Below, piece by piece: positions 26,114-36,358 of a stretch of DNA of 64,000 nt (position 1 is the first letter of the stretch; every line of letters starts with the position of its first letter). Location of the stretch: positions 30,961 to 94,960 of IMG/VR virus record IMGVR_UViG_3300020264_000005; one strand, written 5' to 3'. The notes under the pieces are model-generated. The model did not search any database. It was given only the letters and a program-made list of their open reading frames with translations, and had not been told where the DNA came from. Origin of the DNA: a virus. Taxonomy: Duplodnaviria > Caudoviricetes. A program made the translations under genes and the position numbers.

Positions 26114-27922
26114 ATGGCTGCTATTATCTCAGATAAATTTAGAATTTTTAATGCGAAGCAATTCCTTGAATCGCTAACTGAAGGCGCTACCGATACTAGC
26201 GCCGAAAGAACAAGAATGTACTTCTTTGTGGGTCGCCCACAACCTTGGAAGGCATATCTCGAACTCTACGGACAAGCTGGAGGAAACTTCACAGTAGGCA
26301 ACGAAATTTACGTTGGTACTTATGGATCCACAGCATTCCGTGCCACTATTGCTGGAGTCCTAGATACCGCTCTTCTTCTTTCCGACGTTTTCCCAAATAC
26401 CACCTCTACTCCTTCTCTCGGTAGCACCATTCAGGAGACTGCTGACGGTGGTTCAACTACGACTGGTGTCACTGCCTCAACTGGTGTCTACCGTTATGCA
26501 ACTGAAGAGATTCCACCTCTTCCACTAGACAACCAGACTGAGAAACTAAACGTTTACGACGAGATCATCGCAGCAAAGCGTATCGGCAATGCATTCGCAA
26601 GAACTGTAATCCGCCGTTACAACTGGGACACTGTTGCTAACCCAAGATTCGACATGTGGAAGCCTGACTACTCCGCAACCCCTGCTGGTGGCGGTCAAGT
26701 CGGTAAGCAGACCGCAACTGGCGCTGACGCTATTGCTAATGCTAAGTTCTACGTAATGAACTCTGACTACGAAGTATTCAAGTGCCTCTATAATGGTGAA
26801 GGTCCTGGCAACCTTTCTGGTCAGGATGCTACCGAAGAACCAAAGACCTCACTTGGTAACTATAACTCATCAACTGGTCTCTACACTGAGACTTCTGGTG
26901 CTGGTTACATCTGGAAGTTCATGTACCAGATGCCAACCGATGACGTTCTGAGATTCCTTTCTTCAGACTTCATGCCAATCACCCTGTCAACCGCAGGTTC
27001 TACCCGTCAGGCAGTAGAAGGTATTGCAGTTGCTGGTTCACTTGACGTTGCTCTAATCGAGAACGCTGGTGCTAACCTACCTGCTTCACAGACTTTCTAC
27101 ACCAGTGTAAAGGGTGACGGTACAGGTGCTGTTGTTGCTATCACCACTGATGGTTCTGGCACCATGACCGCTGCATCGATGCAAGCACGTGGTTCAGGTT
27201 ATACCTATGCTAACGTACTACTCGGTAACGGCAACCTCTTCTCTGATGCTGGTTTGACGACTCCAGTTGGTACTCCTGCTAACGCAGTTGGTGCTATCGA
27301 GATCGTTCTTCCTCCTCAAGGTGGTCACGGTTCCGACCACGAACTAGAACTCAATGGTAAGCGTGTGATGACTAACATCCGCCTAACCTACGCAGAAGGT
27401 TCTGGTGACTTCCCTGTTGATAACGACTTCCGTAGAATCGGTATTATCAAGGATCCTCTTAACTACGGTACTACCACTCCTTGTACTGCTGACACCCGTT
27501 CAGGTCTCAAGGCAGTTAAGATCACTGGTGCAACCGCAGATTACATCCCTGACGAAGTAATCACCCAGACCGTAACTAACGGTACTGCAAAAGGCACCGT
27601 TGTTTCTTGGACCTTGGATCAGGGTTCATCAACCGCAGGTGTACTTAAGTACATCCAAACCGTTGATGCACACACCGATCAGGGTGTTGTAAGAGACTTC
27701 GAGAGCAATGGTTCTAACGCTATCTCTGGTGAGTCTTCCGCAGCAGCAGGTAACGTCGAAACTGGTTACGGCGGTACGCTTCTCGGTTCTACCTTCTCAT
27801 CAGGTCTTGCAAATCCTGAGATCGAACCTAACTCTGGTGACATCATCTATGTTGAGAACAGAAGACTAATCACCCGTGCTCCTGACCAGATTGAAGATAT
27901 CAAACTAGTCATCGAATTCTGA
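26114..27922 (+). CDS. g8: baseplate wedge subunit gp8
   Basis: MAAIISDKFRIFNA..FYVMNSDYEVFKCLYN..GYIWKFMY..QIEDIKLVIEF. Confidence 0.95.
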   Translation: MAAIISDKFRIFNAKQFLESLTEGATDTSAERTRMYFFVGRPQPWKAYLELYGQAGGNFTVGNEIYVGTYGSTAFRATIAGVLDTALLLSDVFPNTTSTPSLGSTIQETADGGSTTTGVTASTGVYRYATEEIPPLPLDNQTEKLNVYDEIIAAKRIGNAFARTVIRRYNWDTVANPRFDMWKPDYSATPAGGGQVGKQTATGADAIANAKFYVMNSDYEVFKCLYNGEGPGNLSGQDATEEPKTSLGNYNSSTGLYTETSGAGYIWKFMYQMPTDDVLRFLSSDFMPITLSTAGSTRQAVEGIAVAGSLDVALIENAGANLPASQTFYTSVKGDGTGAVVAITTDGSGTMTAASMQARGSGYTYANVLLGNGNLFSDAGLTTPVGTPANAVGAIEIVLPPQGGHGSDHELELNGKRVMTNIRLTYAEGSGDFPVDNDFRRIGIIKDPLNYGTTTPCTADTRSGLKAVKITGATADYIPDEVITQTVTNGTAKGTVVSWTLDQGSSTAGVLKYIQTVDAHTDQGVVRDFESNGSNAISGESSAAAGNVETGYGGTLLGSTFSSGLANPEIEPNSGDIIYVENRRLITRAPDQIEDIKLVIEF

Positions 27923-27940
27923 TTAATAATTCATAACTTT

Positions 27941-27971
27941 AAGTCCCCCGAGAGATCGGGGGATTTTTTTT
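27941..27971 (+). terminator. Rho-independent terminator
   Basis: AAGTCCCCCGA-GAGA-TCGGGGGATTT followed by a T-run. Confidence 0.9.
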
Positions 27972-28019
27972 ATCTCTGCTAAATATTAGAGACAAGATGC
28001 TAGTGTTTGGCGGAGTACG

Positions 28020-31000
28020 ATGCCACAAAAAACTAATCTAAATGTAAATCCCTATTACGAGGATTTCGACGCGGGTAAAAATTTTTATAAGATTCTCTTC
28101 CGTCCAGGATACTCTATCCAGACAAGAGAACTGACACAACTACAATCTATTCTACAGAATCAGATTGAAAGTTTTGGTAAGTATGCCTTCAAGCAAGGCG
28201 ACTTAGTTGTACCTGGCGAAGTCGGTCTTAATACCAAATTAGATTACGTCAAGTTATCTTCTGTTTCAGAAGTTGCTGTCAATGATGGGCAGGACATCGT
28301 ATATAAGAAGTATGATATCTCACAACTAGTAGGATCTAGACTGAGAGGTCTATCTTCTGGTGTTATTGGTATTGTCTTAGATACTAAGGTTCTAACAGAA
28401 ACATCTGCAGACACACTCTATGTCAATTATCTAAACAGTGGTGATTCTAATTCAGACACTACTTTTAGACAGGGTGAAACCCTAGAAGTTATTGATGGTG
28501 TTAACACACCTCTACTAGTTGTTGGTACTGATGGTAGCGTACTCCCCACCAGTATTCAACTAACTAATCCTGACACTGGCGATGTAACTTCCATCGAAAG
28601 TCCAGCAATGGGTTATGCTTCTGCTGTCAAGGTAGAAGAAGGCATCTATTTCGTCAATGGTTTCTTCGTTCGTAACGAGAAGCAACTTCTTGTCATCGAT
28701 GATTATTATGATGTACCTTCTGCTAAAGTTGGTTTCTCAATCGCTGAAAAGATTGTAACTCCAGAAGAAGACGCTAGCTTATATGATAATTCTATTGGTT
28801 CTTCCAATTATACTGCGCCAGGCGCACACAGATTAAATATCTCACTAACTCTTAAGAAGTTTGCTCTAAGTGAGACAACTGATAAGAACTTTATTCAACT
28901 TATCACCACTTATAAAGGTGCTGTACAGAAGAAAGTCAGTCCTACTAACTACAGTCTGATTGAACAGACTCTTGCTAGAAGAACGTTTGACGAGAGTGGT
29001 GATTATGTTGTCGATAACTTCTCTGTTGATATCAGAGAATATGCACAGAAAGATCGCAACGGTGGACTCTATAAAGAAGATGAGTTCGGTCTATTCAATG
29101 GTCTGTCTGAAGCAGAAGCAGACAGAAAGATGATTGCTAGCCTCGGTTCAGGTAAAGCATACATCAGAGGTTACGAAATTGTTAACAAGGAAACTAAGTA
29201 CCTTGAAATCAACAAAGCAAGAGAGAGTCTGAGTAGCGAGAACATCAGAATCAAAACTAAATCTCTTCCAACATACGCCGTTACTAACGTATATGGTAGT
29301 GTACCTCTAAACAAGGAAGGCGCAGATCTTACTGCATATCCATATCTAAACCTTTATGCTCTTGCCAATGACGGTAGTATTGGTGACAACGGTACTGAGT
29401 CTGCCTCTGCACATCGTCAGACTGTTAGCAGAAGAGGTAAAATCTTCTCATCTGATGATGCTGTAAAAACTATCACTTTGAATATTGACAATACTGTCAA
29501 TACTCTTGCTGGTCTCACCGACGCTAATTTTGAGACTCTTCTTGGGACTCTGTATTTTGTGAAGACCAGAAACAATGCTGGTGCTGCAACATCTGTTGGT
29601 ACAGTTCAGTCACTGGCATATGCTAAGGTAAACAAACCACTACTAAACTCAAGTGAGAGTTTCCAGTTCCTAGAACTAACCATTACTGGTAAGAAAGATG
29701 ATCTAGAACTCCTAATGGTTGAATTCGACCTTGGAGATGGTGGTAAGCAAAGAAGACTATTCCTCACTGATGCAGATGCATCTGCTGATACGAATTCATA
29801 TGGTTATATTGTTGACTATGGCGAAACTGTCACACCTCTGATTGGTAGAGCAAAACCAAATAACTTCTCTCTTAAGAAGAGACCAACTGGTTTTAATTCA
29901 GACAGAGACATCATTCTATCACGTGGTCGCCTTGCTGGTGGTCAAGATGCATATAATGGTATCTTCGGTCTATCGTATTTTGATCCAGAATTCTTCACTA
30001 AGCTTATTCTAGATGGAGCACCACAAGCAGGATCTTTTGGTGTTGGTAAATATGTCTTTGGTCTAGAAAGTGGTGCATATGGTGTAGTCGAAGGTGGTCC
30101 TCAGGGTGTATATTCTGTTGGTAAACTACTCTTCGTCAAGACTCTATCTGGAAGATTTAAGGATGGTGAGACGATCAGAGATGAAGATTCGGTAACTGCA
30201 AAGATTGCCAAAGACAATACCATCTCTCACTTCATTGTTCACAATCCTGGCTTGGCATATCCAGACAACTGCACCTTACTTATTAATGGTGTTGAGTTTG
30301 ATACTTCAGTTGTTGAACTATTCAAGGCAAACAGTGGAGCATTCTACAGATGTCTAGTCAATAATAAGAGTGCGCTTTCTGCAACTGAATATGCAGAACC
30401 ACCTGCAATTACTGTTAAGACTCCTGATGGTGCAGCAGCTCCTTCTATTGGTGCTGTTATTCTACCTATCATGGTTAGAAATGCAGTAACGACTTATGTA
30501 CCACAAAACGTCAAGTCACTTGGTGCTGAGTATGGTTCTGGTAACGAGAATGTCTTTACTGCTGATGTTGTTACCAATGATCAAGCGTTTGCAGAAATTA
30601 AGTCTGTTACTGAGTTTACATTCTTCGGATCAAAGGGATATAACTTCATTGAATCTACGAGTTTCAATGCTGATGCAAGTCTTCTACTACAACAGGGAGA
30701 CGTTGTACAATTTGCTACTTCAACTAACCAGATTGTACGTTCTGTTGTTCAATATGCAACAATCAAAGAAGGTGTATCTAAGACGAGAGTTTATCTAGAT
30801 AGCGTACTACCTGGCGATGTTGTTAATACTAGTATCACCAGATTGCGTCCTAGAGTTGAGAACTCCAACCAAGGAACACTTCTCTTCCCAACAGGCAGTC
30901 GCCAGATCAAGCAGATTTCTAAGAATGCTGATCAAACAGGTATTAAGTATTACTTCCGTAGAGACTTTGTAACTACTGCTGCATCTTCTGGTGGTCTTAT

Positions 31001-34000
31001 TACCTTTGCTGCACAATTAGCATTTGGTACTCAAAGATTCGCTACGTTTACTGAAGAAAACTATATTGTTACTGTTCTAGATCCAGGCGATGCACCAAAC
31101 GTACACACTGGTGACATTGTATACATTGACAGAGATGCAGTAACTATTGCATCTTCTACTGATACTGCTAGTGGTCTAACTGCTGGATCTATTAGTCTAA
31201 ATCTACCATCAACTTACTTCGGAACTATTCCTTCTAATGGAACATTCCCCAAACTTAAGTTGACTGCAACTTTGGAAGTTACGGATGCAAAACCAAGAAT
31301 TAAAACTTCTGTAGAAAAGAGAAGAATTGTTGTTACTTCTTCTGGTGATAGAGTTATCCCATTCAGAGGAACAAACTATGATTCTGAAGTTGTAGAAGTT
31401 CTATCTTATTCTGATGCATACAAACTACTTTATGTTTATGAGGGTAGTGCAACCAGACCACCTACTGTTGATACTGCAGGTAATCTAATTGAAGGTACTG
31501 ATGTATCTGATAGATTCACATTTGATAATGGTCAAAGAGACACTGTTTATGATGTTTCCAGATTGGTTCTCAAGCCAGGTGCTGAGCAAACTACTGGTCA
31601 ATTGGTAATTGCATTCGATTACTTCGAGCACTCACAGGGTGATTTCTGTACTATTGATAGTTACATTCACGAAGCAGGTGTTACTGAGTCCGAAATTGGT
31701 TCGTTTGATTCATCTGTACTAGGAAGAGTTAACCTCAAGAACGTTCTCGACTTTAGACCAAAAGTAGACACTAATACTACTGTCTCTGGTTTCCAAGATA
31801 AGTCTTCACTTTCAATCACCACTAGTTCTTTCGCTGCTTCTGGTGCTATCATTGCTGCATCACCAGCGTCTGATTCTAACCTTGAGTGGACACTATCATT
31901 CAGTCAGATTCAATACCTCGATAGAATCGACGGTGTATTCTTGAATAAGAATGGTAAGTTTATTGTCAAGGAAGGTAATTCCTCACTCAACCCATCGAAA
32001 CCAGATCCTGTTGATGATGCAATTCCTCTCTTCTATGCTTACATCCCAGCATTTACTAGTGATAGTAAGGATGTAAGAATTACTCCAGTAGACAACCGTC
32101 GTTACACGATGCGTGACATCGGTAAACTAGAGAAGCGTATTGAGAGACTAGAGTATTATACTACTCTTAGCATTCTAGAGCAACAAGCTCTCAACATGCA
32201 AGTTAAGGATGATATCGGTCTAGATCGATTCAAGTCTGGATTCTTGGTTGATAACTTTGAAGCACACAAGACTGGTAACCTAGGATCACTAGATTATCAG
32301 TGCTCTGTTGACTCACAGCAATCAGTTCTCAGACCACAGTCCAGAGAAGATTCGCTAATTCTTAAGGAAGTCAATGTCAGAGATGACCAAAGATTCGTTT
32401 CTGGATATACAAAGTCTAATGGTGTTGTCACACTACCATACACCAGTTTGAATCTGTTGGGTAATGCCGCGGCCTCCAAGACACTAAATCCAAATCCATT
32501 TGTTGTTCTTCAGTATGTTGGTGATGCTGATATCACCCCAAGTATTGATCAATGGTATGATCAGCATACAGAACCTCTGGTTGTTGATACCAACACCGAT
32601 CTGTATAAGATCTTCCTAGCAAAAACTGAGATCAAGGAAAGTTTCTCTTCTCTACACAATTCATTCATTGTAAACTGGGTAGGTTCTTCTCCATCATTCA
32701 CATCAATCAATTCACTTGGTGATGAGAACAGAGAAGCAGCAAAGACTTCTGTTGTTGGTGCATCTGTCAATAGTTCTTCTAACATCAGTCCACAAAACAA
32801 TGATGTTGCTAAGGGCGTTCAATCTAAGACTGTAAGAGGTAACAGTGTTTCTTCTGCACTACAGTTCTTTGCTAGAAGCGTTCCTGTCAAGTTCATTGTC
32901 AGAAGAATGAAACCAAATACTACCATCTCGGTATTCCTAGAAGGTAGAGATATTAGTCGTTGGGTTAACCCTGACCTCCGTTTTACTGGAGTTGCAGGTA
33001 ATTCACCTTCTGCATTCAATGGCAAAGTAACTACCGACTCTGATGGTAATGCTAGTGGTACAATTATACTACCAGCAGGTCTACCACCACTAGAGAATGC
33101 AACTTGGACTGGTGATGTAAACACCGTAAACTATGATGACACTGCAGAAGAACTAAGAGTTTCTACTGGTGTCAAGACCTTTAGATTTACTTCCAGTGCA
33201 ACTGACGAAGATAAACTAACTGTTGATACTTATGCTGAGGTTAAGTATTATGCAACTGGTGTTCTTCCTGAGAACCCTGTCAGCATTATTTCAACGAAAC
33301 CATCATTCTTCAAAGCAAACGAAGGTGTACAGTTTGTTGATAGCAATACCGATAACCCAGTAAGACCTAATCCTCTTGCTCAGACATTTAAGATTGAGAA
33401 CTATGATGGCGGTGTATTCACCACTGGTGTTGATCTCTATCTTAACAAGAAGAGTAGCAGTATTCCTATTAAAGTATACCTAACAAACGTAGAGTCTGAC
33501 AAGCCTGGCAAGAACATTATTCCTGGCACTGAGAAAGTTCTTTCTCCATCAACATTCCTTAAGTTCTACTCAAACGGTAACGTATATGTAACTAAGGGTG
33601 AAATGGTAACTGGTGCAACGTCTGCTGCTAGTGGTCCTGTTGATAGAATTATCGATAAGAATGGTGTTGATCTAGTAGCATCTTCTTCTGGTAAGTTCCT
33701 TCTTACTAACGAGCAAGTTTACACCCTTGTACTAAGTAACCACAATGGTCGTGCATTCAAGCAAAATGAAGGTTTGATTGTACCATCTATCACTCTAGCA
33801 AATAATACCGAAGGTACTGCAGGAGCACTGACTATTGCTAAAGATAGTGGTAAAGTTTCTGCTATCAATATCGCAAATGTAGGTGCTAACTACGACAACG
33901 CAATTGTTACTATCGAGAGTCCACAGTTACCTGGCGGTTCTGTTGCAACAACTAGAGTCGAAGTTTCTGGTGGTAAGATTTACAATGCAGAAATCTCACT

Positions 34001-36143
34001 TGCTGGTTTTGGATACACCGAACCACCTTCTGTAGTTATCAAGGGAATTGGTAATGGTAGTGGTGGTGCTGTTCTCGAAACTGAAATCGAAATTGATACA
34101 CCTGCTGTAAGAATGGGTGTTGCTATCGATCAAGAGGGCGTAACTGATTCTACCACACCAACACACTTTGACTTTGCACATCCTGTATATCTACAGAATG
34201 ATACTGAGTATGCACTTGCAGTTGAAACTGATTCAACTGATTATGAACTATGGGCATCAAAACTTGGTGAAGTTGATATCTCAACCAGCACTGTAATTAC
34301 TACACAACCTTCACTTGGTTCTGTATACAGATCACAGAATGTTGATAACTGGACCGAAGATAACTTTGAAGATCTTAAGTTCACTCTATATCGTGCAGAG
34401 TTTGATATCAGCAGAACTGCAACTCTAGAACTAACCAACGAATCACTTGGTTATGAACTTCTAGGTAGAAATCCATTCGAGACTAACGCTAGTGCTAATA
34501 CCCAAGCAACTTCTAAGTTGTTCGGTAATAACAATTCAATCGTTAATGTTTCTCACAGAGACCATGGATTTGAAACTTCTGGTAAGTCTTATGTATTCTT
34601 CAAGCAAGCATTACCAACGGGTGGAGTTACATCCGATGTTCTGAATAGTTCACTATTCCAGATCAGTAACTCTGGTATTGACACTTACAATATTATTTCA
34701 TCTATCCCATCCTCAGGTTCTGGATTTGGTGGTGGTACACTAGCATATGCTTCATACAACAGAAAGTTTGAAACTCTGTATCCACAAGTTCAATATCTAA
34801 CGTTTACTGCTACAAAACTACTTTCGGAAGTTAAGACTACGAATGTACAACCAGTTGACTCAACTGATACCACATTCCCATCATATAGTCAGACTGAGTT
34901 TGAGAGAACGTTCCTCAACGAACCTCATTACTTCACCAACCAGAAGATGATTGCTTCTGATATCAACGAAACTCTGAATAACATCGACAATTCGTTGGTT
35001 TACAAACTGTCTCTTTCTTCTGAAGTATCTCACCTATCACCAGTTGTTGACCTAGGAACTACTAGTGTTAAGACTGTAACTAATAGAGTTGAGTATGCAG
35101 ATGGTCAAGAAGATAGATTTGGTAGAAGAGATCAGGTTGTTGAATTCTTCCCTGTATACAGATTCCAAGTAACTAACATGGGTGGTACACAGATTCAGAA
35201 TGATCAAGCAGTCGAGGGATATAATTCCAAGGCAGTTGGTACTATCGCTAAAGTTGATGGATCTACCGTCTATGTAAGAGTCAAGACATCTCAACTATTC
35301 CAAAGAGGAGAAAGAATCTCACTCGGTAATCAACCTACCGTTGTTGAAACAGTAAATGGTGTTGAGGTTCCTGCAGCAACTGTTGATACAAACCCAATTC
35401 AAGAGTTTGTTGATATCCCAGATGCATCTACTATTGAAGCAAGAAACCCATCAACAATTACTGAAGTATATACTAACACAATTACAGGTAAAGCAGTTAT
35501 CTGGAATAACAAGACTCAGAAACTAACCCTGAGAACTGATATCCATCCTATCAATGATTCCTTCACTGATAGAATTGTTGATGGACTAGTTTACAATAGA
35601 AACTCAGCGGTTGAAGATCAACTACCTGACATCTTCAGAGTTGGTGACTTTATCAAGTATCCTAATCAACCAGATGATGAAGCTCTCTACTGGGAGATTG
35701 GAAGAGTTGAATATGCAAATGGTATTAAGTTTGTACCAGAGAATACTTCCAAGAATACTTCTGGTGTTGCCAAGTATGTAACTAAGGAAGTATCGATCAG
35801 CAGTCCAGCAACTGCAATCAATGTTCATCTCACGATGAATACTAAGGATCTTGCAAATGCTAAAGTTCTGTTCAAGTACAAGAAAGCATCGACTCAAGAA
35901 AACTTCTCTGATATTGATTGGGAATACTTTAACGGTAATGGACATCCAGATGCTAGTGATATTGCTACTCCAGAGAACACTATCTCTAGTGTTGTCGAGA
36001 AACAAACCTCTTATCAGGACATCACATATTCCGCATCAGGTCTTCCTGAATTCTCTTCATTCGCTATCAAAATTGTAATGAGAAGTAACGATCCAGCGTA
36101 TGTACCTAAGATTCAGGACATCCGAGCAGTAGCATCCTTCTAA
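28020..36143 (+). CDS. large virion structural protein (VrlC/DUF4815-like)
   Basis: MPQKTNLNVNPYYEDFD..LFRPGYSIQTRELTQLQSILQNQ; RYTMRDIGKLEKRI; PLAQTF. Confidence 0.85.
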   Translation: MPQKTNLNVNPYYEDFDAGKNFYKILFRPGYSIQTRELTQLQSILQNQIESFGKYAFKQGDLVVPGEVGLNTKLDYVKLSSVSEVAVNDGQDIVYKKYDISQLVGSRLRGLSSGVIGIVLDTKVLTETSADTLYVNYLNSGDSNSDTTFRQGETLEVIDGVNTPLLVVGTDGSVLPTSIQLTNPDTGDVTSIESPAMGYASAVKVEEGIYFVNGFFVRNEKQLLVIDDYYDVPSAKVGFSIAEKIVTPEEDASLYDNSIGSSNYTAPGAHRLNISLTLKKFALSETTDKNFIQLITTYKGAVQKKVSPTNYSLIEQTLARRTFDESGDYVVDNFSVDIREYAQKDRNGGLYKEDEFGLFNGLSEAEADRKMIASLGSGKAYIRGYEIVNKETKYLEINKARESLSSENIRIKTKSLPTYAVTNVYGSVPLNKEGADLTAYPYLNLYALANDGSIGDNGTESASAHRQTVSRRGKIFSSDDAVKTITLNIDNTVNTLAGLTDANFETLLGTLYFVKTRNNAGAATSVGTVQSLAYAKVNKPLLNSSESFQFLELTITGKKDDLELLMVEFDLGDGGKQRRLFLTDADASADTNSYGYIVDYGETVTPLIGRAKPNNFSLKKRPTGFNSDRDIILSRGRLAGGQDAYNGIFGLSYFDPEFFTKLILDGAPQAGSFGVGKYVFGLESGAYGVVEGGPQGVYSVGKLLFVKTLSGRFKDGETIRDEDSVTAKIAKDNTISHFIVHNPGLAYPDNCTLLINGVEFDTSVVELFKANSGAFYRCLVNNKSALSATEYAEPPAITVKTPDGAAAPSIGAVILPIMVRNAVTTYVPQNVKSLGAEYGSGNENVFTADVVTNDQAFAEIKSVTEFTFFGSKGYNFIESTSFNADASLLLQQGDVVQFATSTNQIVRSVVQYATIKEGVSKTRVYLDSVLPGDVVNTSITRLRPRVENSNQGTLLFPTGSRQIKQISKNADQTGIKYYFRRDFVTTAASSGGLITFAAQLAFGTQRFATFTEENYIVTVLDPGDAPNVHTGDIVYIDRDAVTIASSTDTASGLTAGSISLNLPSTYFGTIPSNGTFPKLKLTATLEVTDAKPRIKTSVEKRRIVVTSSGDRVIPFRGTNYDSEVVEVLSYSDAYKLLYVYEGSATRPPTVDTAGNLIEGTDVSDRFTFDNGQRDTVYDVSRLVLKPGAEQTTGQLVIAFDYFEHSQGDFCTIDSYIHEAGVTESEIGSFDSSVLGRVNLKNVLDFRPKVDTNTTVSGFQDKSSLSITTSSFAASGAIIAASPASDSNLEWTLSFSQIQYLDRIDGVFLNKNGKFIVKEGNSSLNPSKPDPVDDAIPLFYAYIPAFTSDSKDVRITPVDNRRYTMRDIGKLEKRIERLEYYTTLSILEQQALNMQVKDDIGLDRFKSGFLVDNFEAHKTGNLGSLDYQCSVDSQQSVLRPQSREDSLILKEVNVRDDQRFVSGYTKSNGVVTLPYTSLNLLGNAAASKTLNPNPFVVLQYVGDADITPSIDQWYDQHTEPLVVDTNTDLYKIFLAKTEIKESFSSLHNSFIVNWVGSSPSFTSINSLGDENREAAKTSVVGASVNSSSNISPQNNDVAKGVQSKTVRGNSVSSALQFFARSVPVKFIVRRMKPNTTISVFLEGRDISRWVNPDLRFTGVAGNSPSAFNGKVTTDSDGNASGTIILPAGLPPLENATWTGDVNTVNYDDTAEELRVSTGVKTFRFTSSATDEDKLTVDTYAEVKYYATGVLPENPVSIISTKPSFFKANEGVQFVDSNTDNPVRPNPLAQTFKIENYDGGVFTTGVDLYLNKKSSSIPIKVYLTNVESDKPGKNIIPGTEKVLSPSTFLKFYSNGNVYVTKGEMVTGATSAASGPVDRIIDKNGVDLVASSSGKFLLTNEQVYTLVLSNHNGRAFKQNEGLIVPSITLANNTEGTAGALTIAKDSGKVSAINIANVGANYDNAIVTIESPQLPGGSVATTRVEVSGGKIYNAEISLAGFGYTEPPSVVIKGIGNGSGGAVLETEIEIDTPAVRMGVAIDQEGVTDSTTPTHFDFAHPVYLQNDTEYALAVETDSTDYELWASKLGEVDISTSTVITTQPSLGSVYRSQNVDNWTEDNFEDLKFTLYRAEFDISRTATLELTNESLGYELLGRNPFETNASANTQATSKLFGNNNSIVNVSHRDHGFETSGKSYVFFKQALPTGGVTSDVLNSSLFQISNSGIDTYNIISSIPSSGSGFGGGTLAYASYNRKFETLYPQVQYLTFTATKLLSEVKTTNVQPVDSTDTTFPSYSQTEFERTFLNEPHYFTNQKMIASDINETLNNIDNSLVYKLSLSSEVSHLSPVVDLGTTSVKTVTNRVEYADGQEDRFGRRDQVVEFFPVYRFQVTNMGGTQIQNDQAVEGYNSKAVGTIAKVDGSTVYVRVKTSQLFQRGERISLGNQPTVVETVNGVEVPAATVDTNPIQEFVDIPDASTIEARNPSTITEVYTNTITGKAVIWNNKTQKLTLRTDIHPINDSFTDRIVDGLVYNRNSAVEDQLPDIFRVGDFIKYPNQPDDEALYWEIGRVEYANGIKFVPENTSKNTSGVAKYVTKEVSISSPATAINVHLTMNTKDLANAKVLFKYKKASTQENFSDIDWEYFNGNGHPDASDIATPENTISSVVEKQTSYQDITYSASGLPEFSSFAIKIVMRSNDPAYVPKIQDIRAVASF

Positions 36144-36151
36144 TTCCGCAT

Positions 36152-36358
36152 ATGGACTTTATCAAGGTCGAGGGACATGACGGTCTCGTAAGGGACGAAA
36201 ACACAGGTGCCATCATCAATTTGGACCAATCGGCTATAGACGCCAGACGTAAGGCGCGGGGATTAAGTTCCGCGCTTGACGACATAAATATGTTGAAGAA
36301 TGAAATCTCTGAAATTAAGTCCCTACTGAGAGAGCTACTCAAAAATGCCAGCAGTTAA
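36152..36358 (+). CDS. conserved small coiled-coil protein
   Basis: KVEGHDGLVRDENTGAIIN...EISEIKSLL. Confidence 0.85.
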   Translation: MDFIKVEGHDGLVRDENTGAIINLDQSAIDARRKARGLSSALDDINMLKNEISEIKSLLRELLKNASS